Assembly: GCA_035548315.1 (NCBI GenBank)
Contig: DASZTF010000044.1
Coordinates: 159,615-223,614, forward strand
Reading direction: 5' to 3'
DNA: 64,000 nucleotides
DNA from: Minisyncoccota bacterium
GTDB taxonomy: Bacteria > Patescibacteriota > Minisyncoccia > Phycocordibacterales > Phycocordibacteraceae
Part shown: positions 18,034 to 27,746 of the stretch, in pieces
Layout of the letters: each line of letters begins with the position of its first letter
How positions within the stretch are numbered: the first letter of the stretch is position 1
Notes under the pieces: generated by a model
Told to the model about the DNA's origin: nothing
Databases searched by the model: none
What the model saw: only the letters and a program-made list of their open reading frames with translations
Made by a program: the position numbers and the translations under genes

Positions 18034-18977
18034 GAGCCGTACGGACCTTTCGTGCCCGCAAAGTGCGCAAGCGTCGCATTCACGAGTGCATTTACATCGG
18101 TGAAGCGAGCCTCCTCCGTCGACCCGAGCACTACGACCGCGATCGGGTGGTCAATACCCGCGTCAAAGACGATAGCGAGATTGCCTCCGGCGAGGTCGGT
18201 GTACCCCGTCTTTGAAAGGAGCAGGTTCGGGAAGTGTTCGACCTCGATATCGGTATTGGCAAGCGTGTGAGCCGTACCCTCAAGCGAGGTCACCGTGACC
18301 GAAGGCAGTGTGGTCGCGTGCGCGAGCCCGGGTGCCGCAGCCAAAAGCTCACCGGCGAGCCGGGCGACATCGCGGGCAGAACCATAGCCACCCGAAAGGG
18401 TACCACTTTCATCGAGACCAGTGCCGTTCACTGCGTAGGTCTGCGAAAGATGCGCAGCGGCAGCAGCATTCTTGAGCAATGTCTCGGTGTTCTGCGCCAC
18501 GTGGTTCTGCGCAGCCAGCGCGATGGCTTCTGCCGCATCATTGCTTGAAGACACGAGCGCGAATCGCGCGAGGTCCTCGAAGTTGAAGGTCTCCCCATCG
18601 GCGAGGCCGTAGTCGCCGTCCATGGCGAGCGCCGCGGGCGTGATTGTGACCGGCGTCGATGAAGAGAGTGCGGAGAGCGCCGCGTAGGTGGTGAGGAGTT
18701 TGGTGAGCGACGCGAGCGGGAGCTGTGCGTCGGCGTTGCGCTCAAAAATCGGCTGACCGGTAGAAAGGTCGAGCACGATAGCCGCCTTCCCTTGGAGCGG
18801 GATGTGCGCGAATGGATCGGGGGCGGTGGTCGTCGCCACCGCGACGGGCGCCGGCGCGGGAGCTGGCTTCGGATAGAAGAATACGAAACCGCCAAGGACG
18901 ATTACGCAGAACAGAAGGGCGAACCCTAATTCCTGGCGCTCTTTGATAGCGTCGGTCATGGTACGGAAACTAGGCAT
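18030..18977 (-). CDS. D-alanyl-D-alanine carboxypeptidase (S11)
   Basis: SxxK (ASLTK), SxN (SSN) and KTG motifs; N-terminal TM. Confidence 0.9.
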   Translation of the reverse strand: MPSFRTMTDAIKERQELGFALLFCVIVLGGFVFFYPKPAPAPAPVAVATTTAPDPFAHIPLQGKAAIVLDLSTGQPIFERNADAQLPLASLTKLLTTYAALSALSSSTPVTITPAALAMDGDYGLADGETFNFEDLARFALVSSSNDAAEAIALAAQNHVAQNTETLLKNAAAAAHLSQTYAVNGTGLDESGTLSGGYGSARDVARLAGELLAAAPGLAHATTLPSVTVTSLEGTAHTLANTDIEVEHFPNLLLSKTGYTDLAGGNLAIVFDAGIDHPIAVVVLGSTEEARFTDVNALVNATLAHFAGTKGPYGS

Positions 18978-19527
18978 TAGATTGATCTCCGGCACTCGCC
19001 GCTGCAACGGCGTGCTCTGCCTCTTTGGAAAGCTCGGCAAAGCGCGGCAGGTCTTCTCGCTTCCCTACGCCGAGGTGCGCGAGCGCATCGGTCGTGGCGC
19101 GATAGCGGAACTTGCGCTTATCAGACGGATCTTCAATGCGCTCCACGAGTCCGCGGAGCATGAGCGAGCGCACGGTCTGCGCAGAATTAACGCCGCGGAT
19201 CCAATCGATCTCGCTGCGCGTGGCGCCGTCTTGATACAGCACCACGGCAAGTGCCTCGAGACCCGCCTTACCCAAGTCTTTACTGAGTTCTCCCTCGCGC
19301 AGTTTCTGCACGATGTCGCTCGCTTCCGGTGCGGTACGCAGTTCGAGCTCGTTCTCCGCAGCGATGAGCGCGACGCCGCTGCCGTGAAGCTTCGCTGCCA
19401 TGTCGGCAGCGAGCGTAGAGACTTCTGCTTCAGAAACGCCGAGCAGGCTGCCCAGCTTTTTCTTGGTCATCGGCTCGCCTGCGGCAAAAAGAAGCGCATG
19501 GAGTTCTGCTGCCTTTGAAAGCGCCAT
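18970..19527 (-). CDS. scpB: SMC-Scp complex subunit ScpB
   Basis: ALLFAAGEP, LEALAVVLY, TRSEIDWIRGVNS. Confidence 0.93.
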   Translation of the reverse strand: MALSKAAELHALLFAAGEPMTKKKLGSLLGVSEAEVSTLAADMAAKLHGSGVALIAAENELELRTAPEASDIVQKLREGELSKDLGKAGLEALAVVLYQDGATRSEIDWIRGVNSAQTVRSLMLRGLVERIEDPSDKRKFRYRATTDALAHLGVGKREDLPRFAELSKEAEHAVAAASAGDQSNA

Positions 19528-19587
19528 ATCACCCCATTTTACCCTGTCCAGGCCCCCAGAGCCACCCTCCCGACCTGGGGAATGCGT

Positions 19588-20325
19588 CTAGTACCGCGGT
19601 ACCGAGGAGGTTGTGTTGGTGATTTTGATGTCTGCAAAATTGGCGCCCTGGTCGGCGTCCACGTGACCCATTTTGACGAGTTCAAGGAGGGCGAGGAATG
19701 AGACGATGACTTCCACGCGCTCTTTTGCTTCCCCGGAGAATTCCTTGAATGACAGCGTGAGCGCGCGCTGCACGCGATTGAGGAGCGAGTCCATCATTTC
19801 CTCAATCGTGACGGTTGGCTTTACGCGGGCTTCCGGGAGCTCTTCTACTTTCTCCAGTGCCGCGAGTGCGGCAGCAAGCGCCTTCGCGAGCGATTCCGTG
19901 CTCATGTCGCTGCTCGGCGCGAACACAATCTCCGGCGCTTTCTCCCCCGCTGGGAGCATCACCGAGCGGCCGAATATGCGACCGAGTTCGCGCGCTGCCT
20001 CGCGCGTTTTCTCATAGAGTGCGAGCCGGCGCTGGAGATCGTCTATGCTCCCCTCCTCTTCTTCCGAAAGCTCAAGCTCCGGAATAAGTGATTTGGATTT
20101 AATAAGAAGCAGCGTGGCGGCGACCGCGATGAAGTTGGTCGCGTCTTCCATCGGGAAGTCCGCCTGGCTCTTCACGTGCTGGATGAACTCATCGGTGACC
20201 GCTGCGAGCGCGATATCACTCACCAAGAGTTTTCGCTTCTCGATCAGATCGATGAGGAGCTCGAACGGCCCTTCGTATGCCGCAGTGCGGACGGTGTAAT
20301 TAGTCTTCGGGACGGCTATATCCAT
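19588..20325 (-). CDS. scpA: SMC-Scp complex subunit ScpA
   Basis: YEGPFELLIDLI, AATLLLIKSKSL.P, SFLALLEL. Confidence 0.93.
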   Translation of the reverse strand: MDIAVPKTNYTVRTAAYEGPFELLIDLIEKRKLLVSDIALAAVTDEFIQHVKSQADFPMEDATNFIAVAATLLLIKSKSLIPELELSEEEEGSIDDLQRRLALYEKTREAARELGRIFGRSVMLPAGEKAPEIVFAPSSDMSTESLAKALAAALAALEKVEELPEARVKPTVTIEEMMDSLLNRVQRALTLSFKEFSGEAKERVEVIVSFLALLELVKMGHVDADQGANFADIKITNTTSSVPRY

Positions 20326-20342
20326 CACCTCTTAGTATATCG

Positions 20343-21302
20343 CTAATTACGGCTCACGCGGATGAGTCCGGAGCAGGCGACGATCTCGATGCCTTTCGCC
20401 TCGTATTTATCGAGGAGCAAGTTCATGCCGATGGAGTCCGAACTCATGTGCCCTGCGACCACGAGGTTGATGTGATGCTTCTGCGCCTCGGCACGATGCT
20501 CTTCTGAGGCGTGCATGCTGATGATCGTACCCACGCCTGCGTGCGCAAGCTTCTCGTACACGATGTGGGAGCCGTCGGTGCCGCCCGTGATCTCGAGCGG
20601 CGCGATCTTCCCGGCGCGGTTCTTCTCGCTCCCCGAGAACAGCATCGGACCCGCCTTCCCCTTGATCGCCTCTTTGTATTCCGGAATTTCGCGGAGTATG
20701 TCGAGGACGTCTCCCACCGTCTCCGCGGTCTTCTCCTTAAAAAGATTCTCGAAGAACGTGAAGACAAGGTTGTCCGTGATGGTGTGCGTCGCCATGAACG
20801 CAAGGCCGAGCAGTCGTGCAGCATCCACCGCTTGGTTGTGGTTACGCGGACTGATCTTGCGACTGATTTCCCCGATGCGGTCGCGCAGCACACCTTCGGC
20901 GATGTTCACTGGTACGCCGTACCGGACCATGTTGTCTGCCTGCATATCCATCACTTCGTGGAGGGCGGCGTAGGGCGCGCCCGAGGGATGGTGCGTGATC
21001 AAGAGGTCGATGCCAGCACCTTTTTCATTCAGCGCATTGGCAAGCAGCGCCTCGGAAGCCTCGATATCGATACCAGCGAGTACTTTATTGACCTGGAGGC
21101 CAGGATCGCCGAGCAGGATGCGGGAGTCCGCGTACGGGTGGTGCAGGTCTTCGAGATCATACTCTGCCTGCTTGGCCTTGGAAAGGCCCTCGTATTCTTT
21201 CTTCCGGCGCGCAAGGTACTTCACCACGCCGTCGCGTCCGCGGGGATCGGCGTCGATGCCGGCTTCCACCGCGAGGTCGTACATTTCTTTGAGAGTCATC
21301 AT
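20343..21302 (-). CDS. NIF3-like dinuclear metal-center protein (DUF34 type)
   Basis: GIDADPRG, ITHHP, HTITDN, AGHMSSDSIGMN. Confidence 0.85.
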   Translation of the reverse strand: MMTLKEMYDLAVEAGIDADPRGRDGVVKYLARRKKEYEGLSKAKQAEYDLEDLHHPYADSRILLGDPGLQVNKVLAGIDIEASEALLANALNEKGAGIDLLITHHPSGAPYAALHEVMDMQADNMVRYGVPVNIAEGVLRDRIGEISRKISPRNHNQAVDAARLLGLAFMATHTITDNLVFTFFENLFKEKTAETVGDVLDILREIPEYKEAIKGKAGPMLFSGSEKNRAGKIAPLEITGGTDGSHIVYEKLAHAGVGTIISMHASEEHRAEAQKHHINLVVAGHMSSDSIGMNLLLDKYEAKGIEIVACSGLIRVSRN

Positions 21303-21306
21303 AGGC

Positions 21307-22671
21307 TTATTGTATTTCAGCTTCGACGCTACCGCCCTTCTCTTCATTCGTCGCGAGGAGTACGTCGATGCGGTTGAGGTCGCGCGGGAAGAGCGCGGCT
21401 TCTTTTACATTCGGGAGATCGAGCATCTTCATGGTGAACCGCTCAAGCCCAGTCGAGCAGCCGCCATGGGGCGGCATGCCGTATTTAAACGCCTGGAGGT
21501 AGAAGGAGAATTTGCCTGCGTCCATGCCGCGGCTCTGAATACGCTCGACCATCTCGTCGTAGTCGTGGATGCGCTGCGCGCCAGAATTGATCTCGAGTCC
21601 GCGGAACAACAGGTCGAATCCGCGCGACTCCCCAGCAGGATCGCCCATCGTGTAGAAGGCGCGTGCGGCCGTCGGGAATCTGGTGATGAACACAAAGTCC
21701 GAGTCGTGCTCCTTGCGCGCCCATTCACAAATAGCGCGCTCGTGCTCTGGAGACATGTCGTCTTCCGGCGTGACGCCGAGCGTTTTGTGCGCTTCAGCAA
21801 GCGTGAGCACGGGGAACTTCTTCCCGAGGTGTGGGACCTCGGTGCCGAAGCGCACGAACACATCTGCGTGCTTTGCCGCGACCGCGTTCACCGTATCGCG
21901 CACGACGTCTTCGAGCACGTCCATGACGTCGTGCTCATCCTTCACGAAGCCCATTTCAAAGTCCATTTGCGTGAGCTCTGAGAGGTGACGCGTCGTCGCG
22001 CTTTTCTCTGCGCGGAAGATGCGCGCGATGGTGAATGCGCGCTCCACGGCGCCGACCATGATCTGCTTGTAGAGCTGGGGCGAGGTCGCGAGGTACGCCG
22101 GTTTATCGTAGAAGTAGCCGACCTTGAATACGGCTGCGCCGCCTTCAGCATCCCCACCCACGAGCGCCGGTGCCTGGAACTCGGTAAAGCCGCGGGACGC
22201 GAGTGCAGTCCGGTACGCATTTACAATCGTGGCCTGGACCGTGAAGATGTCGCGGTCGCGCTGGCTGCGCAGCGTGTACGGGCGGTAGTCGAGGCGCGTG
22301 TCGAGGTTGAGGTCGGTGTCTTTCTCAAACGGAAGATCGCGCGCAGGAGAAATCATTTCAATACCGCGAACTTCGAGCTCGATGTCGCCGTTCTGCTTCC
22401 CTGCCTGGATATTTTTCGCCGGGCGTTCGTTTACGATGCCCTCCACTGCCACCACGTATTCGTTCTTAATTTCCTTTGCGGTCTCGAGCGCGGGTGAGCC
22501 GGGGAGCGTCACGCCCTGAACCATGCCCGAGCGATCACGGAAGTCAAAAAACACCATCTTACCCTGGTCGCGGCGGACGTCCACCCATCCCTGGATAAGG
22601 ACGGTCTTGCCAACCTTCCCCGAAAGTTCCCCAATAAGTGTGCGCTCGAGCCCTGGTTCAAAATCGTTCAT
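21307..22671 (-). CDS. aspS: Aspartate--tRNA ligase, short archaeal-type (probably non-discriminating Asp/Asn)
   Basis: OB-fold anticodon domain, YLATSPQLYKQ, FRAEKS.T.RHLSE, EINSGAQRIH, YGMPPHGG, FPRD; no GAD insertion. Confidence 0.92.
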   Translation of the reverse strand: MNDFEPGLERTLIGELSGKVGKTVLIQGWVDVRRDQGKMVFFDFRDRSGMVQGVTLPGSPALETAKEIKNEYVVAVEGIVNERPAKNIQAGKQNGDIELEVRGIEMISPARDLPFEKDTDLNLDTRLDYRPYTLRSQRDRDIFTVQATIVNAYRTALASRGFTEFQAPALVGGDAEGGAAVFKVGYFYDKPAYLATSPQLYKQIMVGAVERAFTIARIFRAEKSATTRHLSELTQMDFEMGFVKDEHDVMDVLEDVVRDTVNAVAAKHADVFVRFGTEVPHLGKKFPVLTLAEAHKTLGVTPEDDMSPEHERAICEWARKEHDSDFVFITRFPTAARAFYTMGDPAGESRGFDLLFRGLEINSGAQRIHDYDEMVERIQSRGMDAGKFSFYLQAFKYGMPPHGGCSTGLERFTMKMLDLPNVKEAALFPRDLNRIDVLLATNEEKGGSVEAEIQ

Positions 22672-22681
22672 ACGTAATAAA

Positions 22682-23623
22682 TTAAGCTACTCCTACTGCC
22701 GTGCGCACCTCCTTCATCTTGGCTTCCGATACTTCGCGTGCCTTTGCGCCGCCCTTCTTAAGGACTTCCGCGACCTGTTCGTCCGTAATAGCCGCGCGCC
22801 TTTCACGCATCGGTGCGAGGTACGCGTCGAGGTCTTCAATGAGTGCTTCCTTTAAATCTTTGTACTTACCCTTCTTTTCTTCGTAGAGCGCGCCGAGTTC
22901 CTCTTCACTCTTGATGAGTTTATGAATCGCATACACATTCTCGGGGCGATCCCCGCTCGAGTCGGTGACGATGCCCATCACTGCCTTTGCAATTTCCTCA
23001 CGCGTACCAAAAAGTGGAATAGTGTTGCCGTAGCTCTTGCTCATCTTCTTACCATCGATGCCGGGCACCACCCCGACCGTGGGCAGAATTGCTTCCTTGG
23101 GTTCCTTGAAGAGCGTGGTGAATGCGTTGTTAAACTTGCTTGCCGCTTCACGCGCATACTCGATGTGCTGACGCTGGTCTTCTCCCACAGGGACGACGTC
23201 CGTATCGTAGAGCAGGATGTCTGCCGCCATGAGCATGGGGTACGTGAAGAGTCCGGCGTTTGCCTCGAGGCCTTTCGCGACTTTGTCCTTGTATGCATGG
23301 CCGAGCTCGAGGAATGAGACCGTCACGAGACAGTCGAAGATCCACGCGAGTTCCATATGCGCGGGCACGGTGGACTGCTTGAAGAGCGTCACCTCCTCCG
23401 GATCAACGCCTACGGCGAGGTAATCCTTCACTGCGCTTATCGTATTCTTGCGCAGCGATTCCGGGTCGCGCAGCGACGTGAGCGCGTGGTAGTCCACGAC
23501 CATCAGGTAGCTCTGGTAGTTCTGGTATGCGTCCACGAACGGCTTCAGCGCGCCGAAGTAGTTACCAATATGGAGATCCCCCGAGGGCTGGAGCCCCGTG
23601 AGCATGACCTGCTTCCCTGCCAT
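22682..23623 (-). CDS. trpS: Tryptophan--tRNA ligase
   Basis: QPSGDLHIGNY, YPMLMAADIL, VPVGEDQRQH, KMSKS. Confidence 0.97.
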   Translation of the reverse strand: MAGKQVMLTGLQPSGDLHIGNYFGALKPFVDAYQNYQSYLMVVDYHALTSLRDPESLRKNTISAVKDYLAVGVDPEEVTLFKQSTVPAHMELAWIFDCLVTVSFLELGHAYKDKVAKGLEANAGLFTYPMLMAADILLYDTDVVPVGEDQRQHIEYAREAASKFNNAFTTLFKEPKEAILPTVGVVPGIDGKKMSKSYGNTIPLFGTREEIAKAVMGIVTDSSGDRPENVYAIHKLIKSEEELGALYEEKKGKYKDLKEALIEDLDAYLAPMRERRAAITDEQVAEVLKKGGAKAREVSEAKMKEVRTAVGVA

Positions 23624-23641
23624 AGCCCTACGATAGCACAA

Positions 23642-23681
23642 AAAGAAACGGCGCGGATCGGGTGGATCCGCGCACGTCTTC
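23642..23681 (-). terminator. Probable terminator
   Basis: GCGCGGATC-GGGTG-GATCCGCGC stem followed by TTTCTTTT on the minus strand. Confidence 0.7.
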
Positions 23682-23698
23682 TGGGTTGAATGGGTCGA

Positions 23699-23938
23699 TC
23701 ACGGAAGCGCGATCTCGGTGAGGGTGACGGGGCATTCGTGCATACCCGCTTCGTCGCTGTTGTTTGACAGCGTGCGCTTTTCGCCTATCGTCATGCCGAT
23801 GAACTCACGGGTGTGGTCATTCGTCGAGACGATGTGCTCCAGCTTCTGGCCGTCGCGGCCATGCTTGTTTCCCTCATCGTGAACCGTGAGCGTGATCTTG
23901 TGACCCGGCTCAACCCGTTCAGTTTGGTTGGGTCTCAT
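23699..23938 (-). CDS. Small hypothetical protein, possibly GreA-C/FKBP-like beta fold
   Basis: 79 aa, AGGAG SD; FIGMTIGEKRTL resembles the LIGMKVGE motif. Confidence 0.6.
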   Translation of the reverse strand: MRPNQTERVEPGHKITLTVHDEGNKHGRDGQKLEHIVSTNDHTREFIGMTIGEKRTLSNNSDEAGMHECPVTLTEIALP

Positions 23939-24019
23939 AAGACCATCTCCTGAAAGGTCGACGGCTACCGGGAGTGGCAGCCGTCCCGAGAGCTTACAAC
24001 TATTCAGGAATGACGCAAG

Positions 24020-24625
24020 TTACGCCGCTCCAGTGAGGACGAGGGTGGCGGCGAAGGCGTCGAAACTCGGGAACGTATTCCCGCCCGAGACCAGCTGCAC
24101 AAAGTACACCGAGTGACCCACAAGTACTGCGCGGGCGCGCAGGTAGTACGTCCCGGATTTGTAGGAATAGTCTACTGATGGATAGGTGCCATAGCGTCCG
24201 TCCTGGGTTTTGACCGCGGTAGCGTGCGCGTCGGTTGCGGATGCCGAGACGATGCTCTCGAGGAATGCACTCGCATTGCTGACGTCGGTGGCTGTGGGGA
24301 ACGTCTCCACACTGACGGCGTAGTAATCGCCGTTCACATCTTTTGCGGCATATTCTGTATAGGGCACCGCGTCGAGCGTGCTCGTCGCGGGGAATGATCC
24401 TGTCGACTCCGATGGCGTGCTCGGGAACTTGATCTCAAAGTGCTCGATCGGGGCGCGGAACACACTCCACGCAGTGACGTCGGTGCCCGGGTTCGTGGTG
24501 ACCACCTCGAGTCCGAAATACTGCCGACCGATCATGAAAATCACACCCATGATGAGCGCGAGGAGAGCTATGCCGCCTACCATGGCGAGCACTTTCGTGG
24601 GCACGCTATGCCGAGACGTCATCAT
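24020..24625 (-). CDS. Membrane-anchored exported hypothetical protein
   Basis: N-terminal TM, then W..F......FEIKFP..P beta-rich domain. Confidence 0.75.
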   Translation of the reverse strand: MMTSRHSVPTKVLAMVGGIALLALIMGVIFMIGRQYFGLEVVTTNPGTDVTAWSVFRAPIEHFEIKFPSTPSESTGSFPATSTLDAVPYTEYAAKDVNGDYYAVSVETFPTATDVSNASAFLESIVSASATDAHATAVKTQDGRYGTYPSVDYSYKSGTYYLRARAVLVGHSVYFVQLVSGGNTFPSFDAFAATLVLTGAA

Positions 24626-24630
24626 TGCGG

Positions 24631-24713
24631 TGCGCCGGGGAGGATTCGAACCTCCGTAGGCCGAAGCCGACAGGTTTACAGCCTGTTGTAATTGACCACT
24701 CTACCACCGACGC
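24631..24713 (-). tRNA. tRNA-Tyr (anticodon GTA), long variable arm, CCA not encoded
   Basis: GCGTCGG...CCGGCGC-A acceptor, ACAGG-CTGTAAA-CCTGT anticodon arm, GGTTCGAATCC. Confidence 0.95.
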
Positions 24714-24741
24714 AATAGGCGGATTCTACCAAAAACCACCG

Positions 24742-25995
24742 TTATTTCAAAACGAGTACCAGGACCTCGCGCTTGCCCTTGCGCACGAGCGCCACGCCAT
24801 CGGGAAGGTCGTGCGTGAAGATCTTTTGGTCGGGATTGGGCACGGGGAATCCTGAGAGCGTAATACCCTTCTGTTCGATCAGACGGCGCGCTTCTGATTT
24901 AGAAGAGACCAGCCCGCCTGCTGCGAGCGCATCCACGAGCGGGAATCCTTGTGCCAGTTGGGATTTCGTGAGTGCGAATGAGGGTGCCTCCGCGAGTGCG
25001 ACCGCGCGCTCCATACGCGAGAGCTCGTGGAAAGGTCGTCCTCCAAACAGCGCGTCTGTCGCGGCTGCAGCTTCTGCCGCTGCCGCAGGACCGTGCACGA
25101 GCGTGGTCACCTGGCTCGCGAGCGTTTCTTGTGCTTCGCGCATACCCGGATTCTCGCGATGCTTTGCCATGAGCTCGTTGATCGCGTCCACCGACATAAA
25201 GGTGTACACCTTGAGGTATTGCTCCACATTGTCATCCGGGAGATTGATCCAGAACTGGTAGAACTGGAACGGCGAAGTCTTCTTGGGGTCGAGCCAGATG
25301 GCGTTCCCTTCCGATTTGCCGAATTTGCGACCGGTAGAATCGGTAATGAGCGGCACAGTGAGCGCGTACACCTCGTTACCGTTCTTCTTGCGAATAAGAT
25401 CGACGCCGGAGAGAATATTGGTCCACTGATCGCTCGCGCCGATCTGCAGGTCGCAGCTGTACTTGCGGTGGAGCACCAGGTAGTCGAGCGCTTGGAGAAG
25501 CGAGTAGGTGAATTCGGTGTAGGAGATGCTCTCGTTCGGGTCGTCGAGGCGCTTTTTAATCAGGTCGCGCTTGATGAGATCGTTCACGGTGAAGTGCTTC
25601 CCTATTTCGCGGAGGAAGTAGATCATCTGCGTTTTGAACAGCCACTCGGCGTTGTCCACCATGCGGAATGAAGTCCGGCCAAGCAGCGCTTTGATCTGCT
25701 TCTGCAGCGCTTTGGTATTGGCGCGCAGCGTCTTTTCGTCGATGAGCACGCGCTCGCCCTTTTCTTTAGGGTCGCCGATCATACCAGTACCGCCACCCAC
25801 GAGGAAAATGAGTTTGTGTCCTGCAGCACCGAGCCGCTTCATAAGCAGGAACGGCACGAGGTGCCCCACGTGCGCGGAGTCAGCGGTCGGGTCGATGCCG
25901 AGGTACACCGTGCGAGGGGTCGCGAGGATCGTCTCAGCCGGAGCGGATTCGTGTTCGATAAGCCCGCGTGATTTCAGTTCTTCTGCGAGGGTCAT
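24742..25995 (-). CDS. tyrS: Tyrosine--tRNA ligase
   Basis: YLGIDPTADSAHVGH, YSLLQALD, QIGASDQW, KFGKS, C-terminal S4 domain. Confidence 0.97.
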   Translation of the reverse strand: MTLAEELKSRGLIEHESAPAETILATPRTVYLGIDPTADSAHVGHLVPFLLMKRLGAAGHKLIFLVGGGTGMIGDPKEKGERVLIDEKTLRANTKALQKQIKALLGRTSFRMVDNAEWLFKTQMIYFLREIGKHFTVNDLIKRDLIKKRLDDPNESISYTEFTYSLLQALDYLVLHRKYSCDLQIGASDQWTNILSGVDLIRKKNGNEVYALTVPLITDSTGRKFGKSEGNAIWLDPKKTSPFQFYQFWINLPDDNVEQYLKVYTFMSVDAINELMAKHRENPGMREAQETLASQVTTLVHGPAAAAEAAAATDALFGGRPFHELSRMERAVALAEAPSFALTKSQLAQGFPLVDALAAGGLVSSKSEARRLIEQKGITLSGFPVPNPDQKIFTHDLPDGVALVRKGKREVLVLVLK

Positions 25996-26013
25996 ATGGC
26001 GAGTATAGCAGAG

Positions 26014-26556
26014 CTAGTGGCGGCGGCTCTTACCGGTAAAAAAAAGGAATCCCGCAAGCGGCGCGATGAACCACCAGAAGAATAAGTACGCCGGGTCAAA
26101 GAATGATGCGAGTGGTTCGGGGTACGCGTAGAGTCCGCCGAGCGAGAGCGCGTGGTGCGCGAGTGCGAGCAGGAATCCCGCCGTGAGCACCGAGAGGATG
26201 AGCTGCGCCGTTGTGGAAAGATTAATGAAGTCCGATGCCGAGACCTTCCGGATGATGAGGTAGGGAATAATGACCGCAATCGCATAGAGGACGAGCGATA
26301 CGCCCGCGACATACGCGGGTGCAGTGCCCACGCCCCTCTGGATGAGATGTGCATAGGGGAACACGGAATAGAGTGCGTATCCCACATAGAGCGCCATGAC
26401 GAGCGAGACGAAGGGGCCCTTCCCCACCCGGTAGCAAAAGAGGAAGAGCACGAGTGCGAGTATGATGAGCGCGACGAAATTCCCCACCGCCGCCCACGCG
26501 GTGAGCGCACCTGAGGCAGCCGACTGCTGCACGGTCACGAGAGCATTGAGATCCAT
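26014..26556 (-). CDS. Multi-pass membrane protein, unknown function
   Basis: 180 aa, about 5 hydrophobic helices. Confidence 0.8.
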   Translation of the reverse strand: MDLNALVTVQQSAASGALTAWAAVGNFVALIILALVLFLFCYRVGKGPFVSLVMALYVGYALYSVFPYAHLIQRGVGTAPAYVAGVSLVLYAIAVIIPYLIIRKVSASDFINLSTTAQLILSVLTAGFLLALAHHALSLGGLYAYPEPLASFFDPAYLFFWWFIAPLAGFLFFTGKSRRH

Positions 26557-26586
26557 GCTCTCAGTATAGCTCGCCCGCGCACGAGA

Positions 26587-27675
26587 CTAGAGCCCTTCGG
26601 ACTTCAGTTCCTCGATGGCTTTCTTCGCCTTGCTCGAGAGTTTCTTCGGAAGTGTAGCGGAGACGTGGATCAGGAGGTCGCCCTTTCCGCTTTCGAGCGG
26701 GACGCCCTTGCCACGTACCCGTAGGACTTCCTCGGCGCGCGTGAGTACCGGCACGGTGACTTCCACCGATTTCCCATCGATAAGCTCGATGGTGACCTTG
26801 GAGCCGAGGAGCGCATCCGTCAATTTCACTGGCAGATTCATCACGAGGTTCGCGCCTTCTTTGCGGAACACCGGATGCGCCTTCACGTGGACTTTCACAT
26901 AGAGATCGCCCGGCACACCGCCTTTTACCGCTTCTCCCTGCTGTGGGAGACGGATCATTTCGCCGTTATCGATGCCGGCAGGGATGGAGAGGTGAATTTC
27001 TTCTTCCTTCTTCATCACGCCGCGACCGGAGCAGGTCGGGCACTTTTCCTTTGGGATTTTCCCACTACCATCGCACGCGGGGCACGTGCGCACGCTGGTG
27101 ACTTGCCCGAATACAGAGTTGCGTGCTTCGTGGACTTTACCCGAGCCATTGCAGGTAGTGCAGGTGTGCATCTCGGTCCCCGGCTTTGCGCCCGAGCCCT
27201 TGCAGGTGTCGCACTCCGCGACCTTCGCGATGAGCACGTCGCGCTCGCCGCCGAGGATCGCTTCCTTGAATGACACTTCTATATCAATCGAGATATCACG
27301 CCCGCGGCGCACGCGCGAACGACCACGACCACCGCCGAAGATATCGCCGAAGCCCTCGAAGAGGTCGCCCATGTCAAACTCCACGCCGCCCTGACCGAAT
27401 CCGCCGAACTGGCTGAAGTCAAAGCCCTGGAATGGATTCCCCTGTCCGCCAGCGCCCTGCCCGCCTGGAAATGCCTGGCCGTACGTGTCGTACTCGCGCC
27501 GCTTTTTATCATCGCCGAGGATGGAGTATGCTTCCGTAATTTCCTTAAACTTGGCTTCGTCGCCCGTGCCCTTATCCGGGTGATACTTATGCGCGAGTTT
27601 GCGGAACGCTTTTTTGATATCGTCCTTGCTCGCCTTCTTGTCGACGCCCAGGATGGAGTAGTAGTCCTTCGCCAT
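26587..27675 (-). CDS. dnaJ: Chaperone DnaJ
   Basis: J domain HPD, G/F region, four CxxCxGxG repeats. Confidence 0.98.
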   Translation of the reverse strand: MAKDYYSILGVDKKASKDDIKKAFRKLAHKYHPDKGTGDEAKFKEITEAYSILGDDKKRREYDTYGQAFPGGQGAGGQGNPFQGFDFSQFGGFGQGGVEFDMGDLFEGFGDIFGGGRGRSRVRRGRDISIDIEVSFKEAILGGERDVLIAKVAECDTCKGSGAKPGTEMHTCTTCNGSGKVHEARNSVFGQVTSVRTCPACDGSGKIPKEKCPTCSGRGVMKKEEEIHLSIPAGIDNGEMIRLPQQGEAVKGGVPGDLYVKVHVKAHPVFRKEGANLVMNLPVKLTDALLGSKVTIELIDGKSVEVTVPVLTRAEEVLRVRGKGVPLESGKGDLLIHVSATLPKKLSSKAKKAIEELKSEGL

Positions 27676-27712
27676 AGTTTCCCGATTATACGCTCCCTCG
27701 TGGTGGTATGCA

Positions 27713-27742
27713 AAACAGCACCCGCCGAGGCGGGTGCTGTTT
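27713..27742 (-). terminator. Terminator after dnaK
   Basis: AAACAGCACCCGCC-GA-GGCGGGTGCTGTTT. Confidence 0.85.
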
Positions 27743-27746
27743 AAAA

